64,000 nucleotides of DNA. Origin: Ramazzottius varieornatus. Taxonomy: Eukaryota > Animalia > Tardigrada. Location: positions 1,839,874 to 1,903,873 of the forward strand of contig BDGG01000009.1 in assembly GCA_001949185.1 (NCBI GenBank). The letters are read 5' to 3'. Below are positions 22,742-34,700 of this stretch, one piece after another (position 1 is the stretch's first letter; each line of letters starts with the position of its first letter). The position numbers and the translations under genes were made by a program. The notes under the pieces are model-generated. The model ran no database searches and was not told the DNA's origin. It was given only the letters and a program-made list of their open reading frames with translations.

Positions 22742-25700
22742 ATGGGACTCTCTTTGCGTTTGTGGTACCATGCTACTGGGGCGTGGGGATCGGGACGGAA
22801 CCTCTTGACGACAATTCACCTGTTGGGAACAAGCAGTTCGGCTTGCCGAATGACGCGGATGAAAGGTAACTAACTTAGCGTGACCAGCTCGTGAATATGG
22901 TGTTTCTAATTCGGTCTGTTCATATATTACAGCAACGTCTAAATCGGCTTCAACACCGAAACCAGGACCTTTGGAAAGTGCTGCATCCGGTAAAAAGAAG
23001 CCCAACAAAAAGTCCTCTAGCGCGAAGCCAACATTGCCCAAGTCTTCCGTGCCCAGTGGAAAGAACAGCAACGAGTTCGATGACGTTCATCAGGAAATAA
23101 TCAAAAGTATGTTCAACTATAGAAACTTGGCTACAAATGCGGTTTACCGTAGCACGCCCAACTATTCTTTGCAGTCTTACAAGGTCGTCGGCACCAGTTG
23201 AAAGCAAAGATCAAGTTTCTGCGAGAGCAGGATGCTCTGCTGCAAAAGACTCGGCCTCGAGGGCGAAGCCCGGCCAGCAGTGGACCTCCGCACATGGATC
23301 GTCGCCTTGACGTGCTGGCTGCCCATCATGTCAAGGAAAACGCTCCGCTGGACCAAGATCACCTCAAGAATATCTCAGACTTTCGTATCCAGTCCGAGGA
23401 CACTTTGCGCCGATCGCAGAAAACGCCCCCGACCGCCCCGACTCCGGCCAAGAGGAGAAAGGAAGAGATCGATCGCGTGGAGAAGTGCAGGCTGGACGCC
23501 ACTCAACGCGAACTCACTCTGATGGACCTTAACTCCAGTCTTAAGTCGTACATCATAGCCTGTACCCAGACAGATATGGTAATATTACGTGGGACGTCCC
23601 TCATCGTCATCTCAAGTGGCGCACGTTTGCATTGCTCATCGTATGCGCCGCTGGGAAAATCATTCGGATGAATTCGTTTGCCGATTTCTCACATAAAGAC
23701 CCATCTTGAACAGAATCTTCGGTAATGAATGGGTTTGTCTATTTTAGATTGGTCCAGCTTTAAGCACCACTGCGTTCTATCGCGAGAAGTTCTCCCAGCC
23801 GTCATCGGACAAGAAGAAGATCCTAAGCGTTGAGGTGTACAACTTGATCATGAACATATTCGCGAAAAAGGTACTACTCAGTGATTTGGCTTAGCGCACC
23901 TCTGTGTGGCCAACGTTTCCCTGCCTAAATATCTGACCGAAAAGTCTGTATTGCAGGGGAAAATTTGTCAAGTCAAAGAAATCTTTCAGCTTATGATGAC
24001 TGAGAACGTGAAGCCAGATACACGGTCGTTTGCTCTCGCGCTGGAAACAGTAGCTCGCGTTCAACCTATCGATGTCAAAATGGCAAAAAGTATCGCTAAG
24101 CAGATGCAGGACAGGGTGAGTATTTATGTTTGAGATATCTGGGAGCTTGCTGTTGAAGTGGCGCACATTTGCAGTCATTGTCGCTGGCAACGTGCGCCAC
24201 TTGCAAAAACAATTTGGACGAAGTAGTTACCGAACTTCCTATCATCGCAAATTCTAGTAACTTGCTATTTTGGCAGAATATACCCCTCAACGACATATTC
24301 CTGCAATGCAGCTTGACGCCGGACGAAAAAGAGCGAATTCTAGAGGCCATCCATTGCTTCCGGCCCAACTTCCAACCTGCAATCCCGTACAACGAGGCGG
24401 CGTACCTCCCTCCAGTCATGCAGAGCCTAAATGCCAGCAACACTTGCGTCCTGAAGGAGACGCCGTATCGCGGAGTCATCAGCTATGACAAGCTGCTAGC
24501 GGCCTTTAGAGAACAGTTACAGCACGAGAAGAAGGGCGTCATCACCATCAAGTCTGTCGAAGCGGTGGCGGCAACTGAGGCAAAGGTGCTGCTCTATCGG
24601 CAGAAACTGGAGGGAATGAAGAAAGAGTGGGCGCGCTGCCTGCGTAGCGCATACGATCGAAACTTTGAGCTTTTAAAGCAACAGTTCCGCCAGCAGAAAG
24701 GAGTGTCGATATACCCCTACCTCTGTGCGCTCAACAGGGAAGAATGCGTCGAAGCCCTGATGGAGGTAGGCAAAGAAGTTCCCTAACCAACAAACTGCGT
24801 TTCGATGACAGTTCTTTCATTTCAGGAAATCATCCGTCTGGCTCAAGGCTCGGAAGGCTACAGTCCGACAACGCTGATCCTCTACATGCAAATGGGTAAC
24901 AAGATGATGAATCGCTACTTGATCAAGTGCAAGGAGAAGTATCAACTCATTGATAAGGTACCGTTACGCTGAGGAAAGACCCTAGAGCAAGCCAGCAGTC
25001 CTGCAGCCAAGGATACCACCTGTTGCCGGTATGACCATCCACTCTTCTGGCTTTTGTAGCTGGAAAAGACCTACACGGAATATCTCAAGTATTTCGGTGA
25101 CAAGCAGCTGGTCAGCAAGTACAACTGTCGTCAGTACTGGCAAAAGATTGAGCACGATATGAAGTTTGGAGTGCGTACCGTAAGTTCCTCTTCCTCCTCA
25201 TAACTGCAGCTTGTGCGCTACATCAGTAGTTGATGCTGTGCAGGATCTTGCTGATCATCTGTGGCCGCGATCGGTCATTGTTCGTGTTGGCAAGTTCCTG
25301 TATGACATGATCATCAATGAAATCAAAGTGGACACGACGGTACTGCGGCCTGTCAGTACCAAGCAGTTTGCGCCGGCCGTCTACAAGGTCTACCGACATT
25401 ACGGCGAGAAGCTCAAAGAGGAAGTAAAGGTACTGTACTGCTACTGTTATAACGGGAGAATCGGGCAGACAAACACAGCAAGGTTGTGCTTATGTTAAGT
25501 GGTGCACCCTGCCAGCAGCTATCAGTGGAAGAGTTTGCTGCAGTTTGCCTGCCCAGCTGCCCTTTGGACAGGGACTGACTGTAGGCAGGGCAGGAGCTGA
25601 ACTAAGATGTTGCTTTATTCAACAGCCCCATCCGGTGCTGGCAAAGCTCTACCGAAGCTCCATGCAGGACACGCTGACATTCGAGGCCAACATGGTACCG

Positions 25701-28700
25701 ACCGTCGTCCCACCTCACCCCTGGTTGTCTTCCAAAACCGGAGGCTACCTTGTACAAAACAGTCAGTTGTCTGCCAGGCAAATAACAGCATGAAGGCAAC
25801 TATCACATGATGCTTCTTTCAGCCGTTCTGTATCGTGTGCCGGAGACGGGCAGTTTCGGTGGTGACTTCGTAGTGGATAAGGTATCCAGCAGACAGCTTT
25901 ATCCAGTTCTGGATGCTCTCAACCAGCTGGCAGCTTCACCGTGGATGGTCAATCAAGCGGTCAGCACCACCACAATGTCTCTGTCATTGGCAAGGTTGGA
26001 CATGGTCGTCATTCTATACTGTTTTTGCAGATGCTGGACCTGATTATCGAGGTCTTCGGCAATAAAGGTATGGCGGACGTCGATATTCCTCAACCCATCT
26101 CCCAATGCCCACCGTTACCCAAAATCCGAAGGTAGGCAACTGCTCCTAGTTGCTCTTTCTGACCCTGCTCTTGTATGAGGCATTGCATGTATTGACACAG
26201 AGACATGACAGCGGAAGAACGTTCGGAAGCCTACCGTCAGAGGTTCCTGCTGAAGAAGAAGCGTAACGAGATGTTCAGTTTGTGGTGCGACGCATTATAC
26301 AAACTATCCATCGCTAATCACGTCAGTCAAGTTCATCTGTCGGAGTGGGCATAACTATATCATCTCTGTAATGAGTGTGGACACCTTGTCTTGTAGTTTC
26401 GGGATAGGGTCTTTTGGTTGCCGCAGAATATCGACTTTCGGGGGCGCGTCTATCCCGTTCCCCCGCACTTTCAACACTTGGGCGGCGACATGGCTCGTAG
26501 TATGCTCTTGTTGGCTAAGGGCATGGCGCTGGGCGACAAAGGCCTGAACTGGCTGAAGATTCACCTCATCAACCTCACTGGCCTGAAAAAGAAGTAGCTT
26601 CTCCACCTTGTGCTGATGTTGCAGCAAACTAATTGTCCTCTGTCAATGTTGCAGGCAGTCCTTGGAGGAGAGGCTGCAGTACGCCAATGAGATGATGAAG
26701 GATATCCTTGACTCGGCCGACAACCCACTCCATGTACGTCACCTTGTTCTCTGCTCATCTTGGCCGTCTTGTAGCGACTATGTGTCATAAAGACGTTGTG
26801 AGGGGGCTGTGATGCTTGTTGCAGGGTGGCCAATGGTGGAAAAAGTCGGATGATCCCTGGCAGACCTTGGCTTGTTGCAAAGAGATCGCCAAGGCCTCAC
26901 GCCATGCAGCGGGAGCGGCAGCCTTTGTCAGCCACTTTCCCATCCATCAAGACGGCTCTTGCAATGGCTTGCAACACTACGCGGCTCTTGGCCGTGACCA
27001 GAAGGGAGCGGAAGCCGTCAACCTGTACCCCTTTCAGACACCACAAGACGTCTACAGTGGCGTCGCCGCCTTGGTTGGCCCCTTGACCTTCCATACTCGG
27101 TCGCTTCACCATATGAATGAAGCGCTGTGGTCTTTTACAGGTGGAAGAGAGTCGCAAGACGGACGCCGATCACAAGCTGGAGATTGCTCAAGTTTTGGAC
27201 GGCTTCGTCAGCCGCAAGGTAGGCCTTCCCAAGACAAGGACAGACTCTGTCTATGACACATCCATCATCTCATGTTGTAGGTCGTCAAACAGACTGTTAT
27301 GACCATCGTATACGGCGTTACCCGCTATGGAGCCAAGGCTCAGATACAAGGACAGCTGGCCGACCTCAAAGACTTTCCCCACAATAAGACATGGCCTGCT
27401 GCCGCCTATCTGGCTGCCAAGACCTTCGACAGTATCGGACAAATGTTCACGGCCACCCGTCGTATTCAGGTAAGTCACAGAAAGTTTGCCTATCTTGCAA
27501 GCCTGCCAAGCTGCCAATGCTCCCTGTAGGATTGGTTCGTTGACTGCGCCCGCCTGATATCTACTGTCCGAGAAAAGCCCGTTGAATGGCTCACTCCTCT
27601 TGGCTTACCGGTGCTGCAGCCCTATTTTAAACAGAGCTCCACCGACCAAGCCAGGAGCAAAATGCATCTAACGCTTCATCCTGGGTAAGTTTTGCCACTA
27701 CTGTAATGCTTCATGAACTTCGCGAATTACGTCATAGTGAGCGTGTGCTGCATGCCTCATCATACCTGTTAACCCTACGCGCACCGTGACGTCACTTCGC
27801 GAAGTTCATGCAGCATTACAGTACTCTTTACGGACGATAATTATGCAGCTCGGCCAACAAAGTCGGCTAGATCCTTTCCCCCAAGCGGCGCACTCTTCCA
27901 GCTAATATCATCGAAGATGTGCGCCACTTGGCAAAGCGAGGTGGTCAAAGTTTGGCTGCCGCGTCCTAACCTTGCTTTATTCACCTTGCCTGACTAACTG
28001 ATGAGGATGAACTGGTTGGCAGAAAGGTGAACACGATGAAACAGAAGAATGCCTTCCCGCCCAACTTTATCCACTCATTGGATTCCAGTCACATGATGCT
28101 GACATGTCTGCACTGCGCAAGAGAAGGCATTAGTTTCGCGGCGGTGCACGACAGTTATTGGACCCATCCCGCCACTGTCGACATTATGAATAAGGTAAGG
28201 GCCATACAATCCATGACTGCAGATGCACGGCGCTGTAAGCTTGTGCCATTACAGCACTGTAGGCAACAGTTTGTTGCGCTACACCGTCTTCCCATACTGG
28301 AGGATCTGTCGGCTTACTTGACGCAGAGGTTCGCCTATGATAAGTCGTAAGTACCAGCTCCCTCCTTACATATTGATCATTGTGGATGGTAGGAAAGCAG
28401 GCAGAGTTGTGCAGAGCGCTCGTTTGTCGTAGTGAGTATGTCCCCGTAAGCGCCGATGACCCAAGAGCTGAACTGAACCGGGTCTTGGGCAATGTCCCCC
28501 CTAAAGGTAATTCACAGAGCTCATCGTAATAATTTGAAACAAGGATCTGGCATAGGGTGGGCGCCACCCGACCATGGTCACGCCACTATGCCACCATAGC
28601 AAGTGCCGTCGCCCTACTTTCCCTGGTCGCCTCACCATGGGTTGGCTGGCGCCCACCCTAATCCGACACAGCATCAATACTCAGTCTGCTTGCAGGAACC

Positions 28701-28745
28701 TTCGACCTCGAATCAGTCCTCATGTCCACCTTCTTCTTCAGCTGA
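22742..28745 (+). CDS. POLRMT: Mitochondrial DNA-directed RNA polymerase (T7-like), multi-exon
   Basis: NIDFRGRVYP, PWQTLACC, HQDGSCNGLQHYAALGRD, RKVVKQTVMTIVYGVT, FPPNFIHSLDSSHMM and VHDSYWTH motifs; terminal STFFFS*. PPR-like N-terminal region and an Arg/Ser-rich presequence. Confidence 0.97.
24156..24202. repeat. Intronic palindrome copy (POLRMT)
   Basis: AAGTGGCGCA catttgcagtcattgtcgctggcaacg TGCGCCACTT (27-nt spacer). Confidence 0.9.
27701..27821. mobile_element. Intronic MITE with ~45-bp TIRs and TA TSD (Tc1/mariner-like)
   Basis: TA|CTGTAATGCTTCATGAACTTCGCGAA ... TTCGCGAAGTTCATGCAGCATTACAG|TA in a POLRMT intron. Confidence 0.8.
28553..28660. mobile_element. Small intronic hAT-like MITE
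   Basis: TIR TAGGGTGGGCGCCA / TGGCGCCCACCCTA. Degenerate 8-bp TSD ATCTGGCA / ATCCGACA. Lies in the last POLRMT intron. Confidence 0.7.
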
Positions 28746-29075
28746 AGATGTGACTACATTTGATACCACACAGTCACCTTCATTCCCACTTTCCGCTTCT
28801 GCGCTCTTGCTTCTAATTTGGTCATCGCCTCCTTTCCTATGGCCAGCGAGGTTCAAGCTGGACGAAGGAATGTAATTTATCATGTTCTAATGCTTGCAGA
28901 GGATATGACAACTGTCAACACGCTGCCCGGGACGGCGCAAAAGATAGACTGATCTTTTTTGCTGTGATAAGTAAATGTGTTTGAACTGTTGTTAGGCATT
29001 CGCAAGACTTGAAACGCAATCTGCAATTTGACATGACACAGAGTATTATACAACGTTGGGTACTCATACTTGATA

Positions 29076-30676
29076 TCAGCGCTGAGGTTGTCCTATGAGT
29101 TTGGCATAAGCTACAATGTTTTCAGCTTGTAACAAAAGTGGGCGATCGATCATGGCGTTGCGAAAATTGAAGGCGCCCTGAAAAGCCAAAGTCTAACTCA
29201 GCCACCTCGGAGTCCATAGTATTGTCGACACGAGCGGCTTACCTTTCCTTCTTTTTGATGCCGTGTAAAAGCCTCGACGACTTCTTGAGCCCACTTCAGT
29301 TTGTCGGGGGCTGGCGAATAGGCTTGCTGTACAACATCCACCTGCGCAGGATGTATCACCTGTTTGCCCGTGAAGCCGAAGCGCGCGCCTTCCTCGGACT
29401 GCCGACGAAGATCGTCCAGGTCTATGGACCATAACCGACAAACATTACGCAAGTGATAAGTTCCTATGCCGTAGGGAAATCAGCTTTGACTGCATCAGTT
29501 GGGACGTGGGCAGATGATTTCGCCCAGATCGTTTTCACAAGTGGCGCACACTTGCAGCTACCCACCATAGAAACGTGCGCCACTTGGGTTAATGATATGG
29601 AAAAGTTCATTTGGCCACAGCCCAGTTAGCGCACCTTTAAAGTCGATGTGAACCAAGTCGATGGCCTGCAAGGAGCGCTGAAAGGACTTGACGACCGTCA
29701 AGAAGTACTGTCTTGCAAAGAGCACTTCCTTTGCCTCATTACTCCTGTTTGCGCCGATATCGGCGCAGTAGTCATCTGAGCCGAAGACGACGCCATCCAA
29801 AGCCAGCAAATTATGACTTTCATCTGCTACTTTCAAGGCCGTCTTGAGGAGCTTGCGCATTGAAAGAAGTGCCTTGGCGCTTTCTATGTAGAGGATCAAG
29901 CGCAATGGGTCTCGGCCTGCCCGGCCAGCCAGCTTCTCGGTAAGGATGTGGGCTGTGTGTCGAAGCTCCTCTTTTCCTTCGATCTTCGGAATGAGCAAGG
30001 TCGTTGGTAGAGTCTTTGCCGATAAAAGACTTTGTAGGTCTTGGTCAGCCAAGCCACTCTGAAAAGAGTTAATACGGACTGCAACATCCAGACCGCGCGT
30101 CTTCCGCTCCTTCACCCAGTCGGCAGTCTCCAGGGTTTTGTGTATCAGCTGTCGTGCCTCCTCCTGAAAAGAACAGAAGTCTCACAGAATCTTGTGGGCA
30201 GACTTTTAGATGGATGCACCTTTTGCGTCTTTACCTTTCTATTAAGAGCGACACCGTCTTCGCACTCCAGAACCGGACAGTCTACAATAAGCGTCGGGAT
30301 CTTGGCAATCTTCTTGGCGTCATCCCCGGGTATGTACATCATGGCTCGCCGCGGAATATAGGTATGCCTGTGTGTCAAGCAGATGAAGTTCAGTATAAGT
30401 TGACGGTAGGATAATTAAGAATTAATTAAGAAGACCAACCAAGCCGGAATTTCTTGTGCGCATGTACCGAGTTGATGTAGGATTCATGTCCGCCGCGCTC
30501 GACTTCGGACTCGTGTTCATGTCGTTGGCGTCCTGAGGTCCAGCAGCACTCCTTCCGGATGTCGTTGAACCATGTCGCGCCAGCAGGGCAGACCGTGAAG
30601 ACAGGCACGAGCTTCTCCCAGAGTTGATAATTAAGAACTCGGACGCTCTGCCCAGATATGGGGACAACTTCATCAT
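29076..30676 (-). CDS. CLYBL: Citramalyl-CoA lyase / citrate lyase beta-like, mitochondrial
   Basis: YIPRRAMMYIPGDD, LECEDGVALNRK, AVRINS, GVVFGSDDYCADIG, GFTGKQVIHPAQV, GAFNFRNAMIDRP. Confidence 0.95.
29539..29585. repeat. Intronic palindrome copy (CLYBL)
   Basis: AAGTGGCGCA cacttgcagctacccaccatagaaacg TGCGCCACTT (27-nt spacer), preceded by GGGACGTGGGCAGATGATTTCGCCCAGATCGTTTTCAC. Confidence 0.9.
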
Positions 30677-31039
30677 GAGGGATCCCAGATGTTTCAAAAT
30701 TCAGACTACTACAGCCCGTACGGATAGTTCTGACAATGATTGCTTATCAGGACGGAATCGTCGAATCATAGCTCCCTAAGAACATGCAAACCGAGGAGGA
30801 AGTAGTCAGAATCAGCGATGGAAGGGTGATTGGCTCAGCCTAATATTATACAGTACGGAACTGCCACACGCTACCTGCTGAGCACCGATCCGACGGGCAA
30901 TTTTGTCATCATTGCGCAACTCCTACCTCTGGCGAACAGGAGATCTAGTGTTTGAACGACATCGGGAATGGTACGACAAATACTGATCGACTGATTGCAG
31001 TTCCTAAGTTGGGCTGCACTTGATGTTGCGAAGCCGTTC

Positions 31040-31527
31040 TGTATTGCGACAGCTCCGCTCAAAAGGCTGGCCTCCCAGCGGAGCTTTAGAATGAATCATA
31101 GACCACTTGAGACATCGTGGAATTCTGTTCAGGCATTCTAAAGCCCTTGAATTGGGGCAAACTATGGCAAGCCTGCGCTTATGGCGGAAGATTAAAGAGA
31201 AATTTCTTGGCACCGAAAGGTGTCTCTACCATGAGTCATCTGTTGTACGTACAGGCATAGGGCATTATTATACACTGTTGATCGTGCAGTGCCGTCAAGC
31301 GGTACTATCAACCGGGTTATCAATTCCGTATTAAGCAATACGCCAACATCTTCGAATGATTAGTGCAGAATTGATTGATTAAATCCGAAATCACGACTCA
31401 TGACTCATCGAAAAATTTTTTAAAAAAATTAGACAAATCAGAAAAACTCGGGAATCATCCTGAGGATCGTGTTGTCTGGAGCTCAAGCTTCCTCGGATGA
31501 GTTTGCGATTCACGACCCCTTGGGTAT
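31040..31527 (+). repeat. Interspersed repeat, copy 2 (uninterrupted partner of 3760-4688)
   Basis: Reverse-complement similarity to 3760-4168 plus 4586-4688 over about 490 bp. Confidence 0.85.
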
Positions 31528-31550
31528 TTTGGATAATTCACCGACTACTT

Positions 31551-31748
31551 ATTACCTCTAAAGTTTCGCGCAGTCACGTGACAGGCCAGTAAATATTGCG
31601 TGGCGGAGATAAAAACTTTATTGCCCTCAATCAAAAATTCTTGGTCAATCCAGCGCAGTAATTTACAACAATCAAACAATCAGTGATGTGAAGCCCCGAA
31701 TGTAATTCACTGGTTTGTCACGTGACTGCGCGAAACCTTAGAGGTGAT
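31551..31748. mobile_element. MITE with ~35-bp TIRs
   Basis: ACCTCTAAAGTTTCGCGCAGTCACGTGACA ... TGTCACGTGACTGCGCGAAACCTTAGAGGT. TSD not clear. Confidence 0.7.
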
Positions 31749-31770
31749 GCAGTAAAGCAGCCGTCCATCG

Positions 31771-34700
31771 GGCTTGCTATGCTTTGCCTTCGCAGCTCTT
31801 TACCGTCGAAATGTCTTCAAGGGTTTGCGAACTTTGCCTTCAACGTGTCTTCGTTGCCTACTGACCAGAACTAGCTCAACCACATCCCACACCACTAAAC
31901 ACCGCACCCGCACTTCGCTGCTTGATTACTTGATCCCATCTCCCTCACAGTCAGCGGTAAGCGCTGACTGTGTGCGACATAACGTGAGATTTTCTGAGTT
32001 CTCCGCTTTTCCGTATCTTTTCGTTTGATGAATCTTCGAAAGTTCGACACTTGCCGTGACTTGCGACATCAAAAACTATCATACTCGTATTTACTAACTT
32101 GCTGCCTGGAACAACCCCTCTATTGTGCGGACGATCACTGTTTGTCGGTTGAGTGGACTAGCGTATCGCGCTGTTTTACAGCGCCATGGACAAGACATCG
32201 ACGTGCAGCGGTCCATCACACGGAGGCATCCCTTCCGCCGATCATCATCAACCCTGCTCCAAGCACACCAAACAAAAACATGAAGAAGAAGGAGCTAAAC
32301 GACCACACGGAAATGCGTCTCGAAGATTTCATGAAGAAAATCAACACAGGTACGTCTCTAGAAAACTTCCGATTGACGGTCACCCAGATTAAGTTGCGCG
32401 TAAATTCGAGCCACACGAAGTTGCGCAAAGGGGTCAACGGCTGGACATATCTTCGCACTTTCAGTGTCGGATCAGTTCTTTTTCCCGACTGTTTTTGCTG
32501 ATTACTGGGGCTTGTGTTGCAGGTGACGACGTATAGGTCATCAGCAAGGGACAGTGGCACGAGGCCAAGACCATTCTGATCGAAACGTACAAGTGTCCCG
32601 GAGATGAGACGACATCCGTGTCCATCTACAGAATCCATTACCCGGGTTAGGGAAAACGGTAAGCGCGCTCTCACATCCATCGGATTCAGCAGAAGGAAGA
32701 TGTCTGATGGTTTCTCCTCTTCAGGTATGACGAGTGGATGTATAGCGATTCGCTGATGTTGCAGACCACAGAAAACGACGCCAAGGCCTCGGCCGAAAAT
32801 GGCGCCTTGATGGAGGCCAGGTATAAGCTCCGCGGAGAAATTAATGTTGGTTTTTTGGGCGGAAATTCTTCTTGAATTTAAACCATTCCACCATCTGCGC
32901 CAAGTTTCCAGTCGCCGCGGTCACGGCAATGATATGTTTGCAAGCTGGGTCTTTATTCTGGGTGAATTGCAAACAACCGCACTTACTTTCCCCGGAAGTA
33001 GTGCGCATCTCGACGAAGTACCAGCAGGGCTTCTTCTTGTCAGTAGACCGAAGTTTCCGAACGACCGAGGAGTTCCATTTTCGTCTATACTGTGTCATTT
33101 CTTCCGCGGAAAGCTCAATCATCCAGCCTTCGTCAGCACGGCCACCCATAAGCTCCACGGCCTTGTCCCAGCTAGCGCGAAACATATCGGAAAGTCCGGT
33201 GGTAGCAAAGTCGGTCAGCACATTCGGCGGTCTTGTTTCATCTCCCGACAAATCGACCTACAAACATAATGTCACAGTTACAGACTAATAACATATACCT
33301 GTTTTGCCATTAGACTGACCAACACGAGTTCACCGGAACAAAGTGCGGCAGCTCTGGTGGCGTAGGCTGCGGCAACTCCGACGGCGGACAATGCAGCATC
33401 CTTGCCGACAAAACGTAGTAACACCACCGGCGTACTTGCAACAACTCCGCTTGTACTTACTTTGCGACTCGATGCAACGACAACCATGGCGTTCACGTTG
33501 CACTTGGGGAACAACCGTTGCACTTTGGACATTCTGTGGGTATTGTTGTGTGTTTTCTCTCGCGACAGGAGAAGGTCTTCTCTGTACTGCTCGGCTATTC
33601 TGTATCAGCCTTGATCTTTCAGGGCCTGGAACGTGAAGACAGTTTCGTCGGCGTACATCTTGAGCAACCTCTCAACCACTTCCCGGGGATCGTTGTGCGA
33701 ACCAAAAAAGGCTTTGAGCGTTTTGTTCATGGCCTCGGACAGAATGGTATTAGGGAGGTCGCGCGAGAGACGCATCTTTTCACGTGCCGGCAAGATTAGT
33801 TTCTCGACAAAGTTCTTCTGATGGTGCTTTTCAAACCAGTGCTGGAATTTTTCATCGCCCAAAGAAGCTCTTTATCTCTTCCCACTTCTCGAGATACTGC
33901 TCTTCCGAAACTGAATCCACCAGCCCTGGAACATGCTTCCTCACACCCGCTACGTTGCGATGGCACCCCAGTACACATGCGAAGAGGGTACGGGCTTTCC
34001 GAGGAAGTACCTCTTGATACCATCTCGAATGTGTAGAACGCAGAGCGTATGATTGTGTCGGGGGAAAGCTTCGCGGAATGCGTTGTACAGTGCTCGCTCG
34101 CCATCGGTGATGAAATCGATGCTAAAGTCTTTTGACATTCGACACCTGCTTTCATAAGACATTCTCGGAGGTAATAAGCGAATACCGACAACGAAGTTGG
34201 TCCGATCAGCAGAGCAGGCTTTCCTGTCTTCTCGTTTACGAGATAAAGATGCTGGATGACTATAACCACCAGATACATGTTGCACAGCTGGAAAGTCAAG
34301 TCGATCTGCAAGCGAAGCTTCACTGCAAACAGAAAACCGGAGAATTAAAACCCCATTCAAATGCGCATCAGTACAAGGCGAAAATCAGCTCAATCTACAG
34401 TGCCGGTTGATAAGGTCACTGACAGCATCACCGGCTTGTACATCAAGAATTCCAGGAATTCCATCGGATGTACACGGACAGCTTCACCAGCCTATAAACG
34501 AACCACTCCACTGGAGTGTAGATTACAAAAACCGCCGGTAAGTACAGCAGAAACATCGCTGGCGTGTACTTTATCAACATTGCCCGGATAGACAATTGCT
34601 CTAAACTTAATCGACTTACACTTTAGTTTTTGGTCGCCGTTCGTCGCTATCGGTCCTACATGGTACGGATCTGCCACGACGAAATTCTCAGAATTCGATC

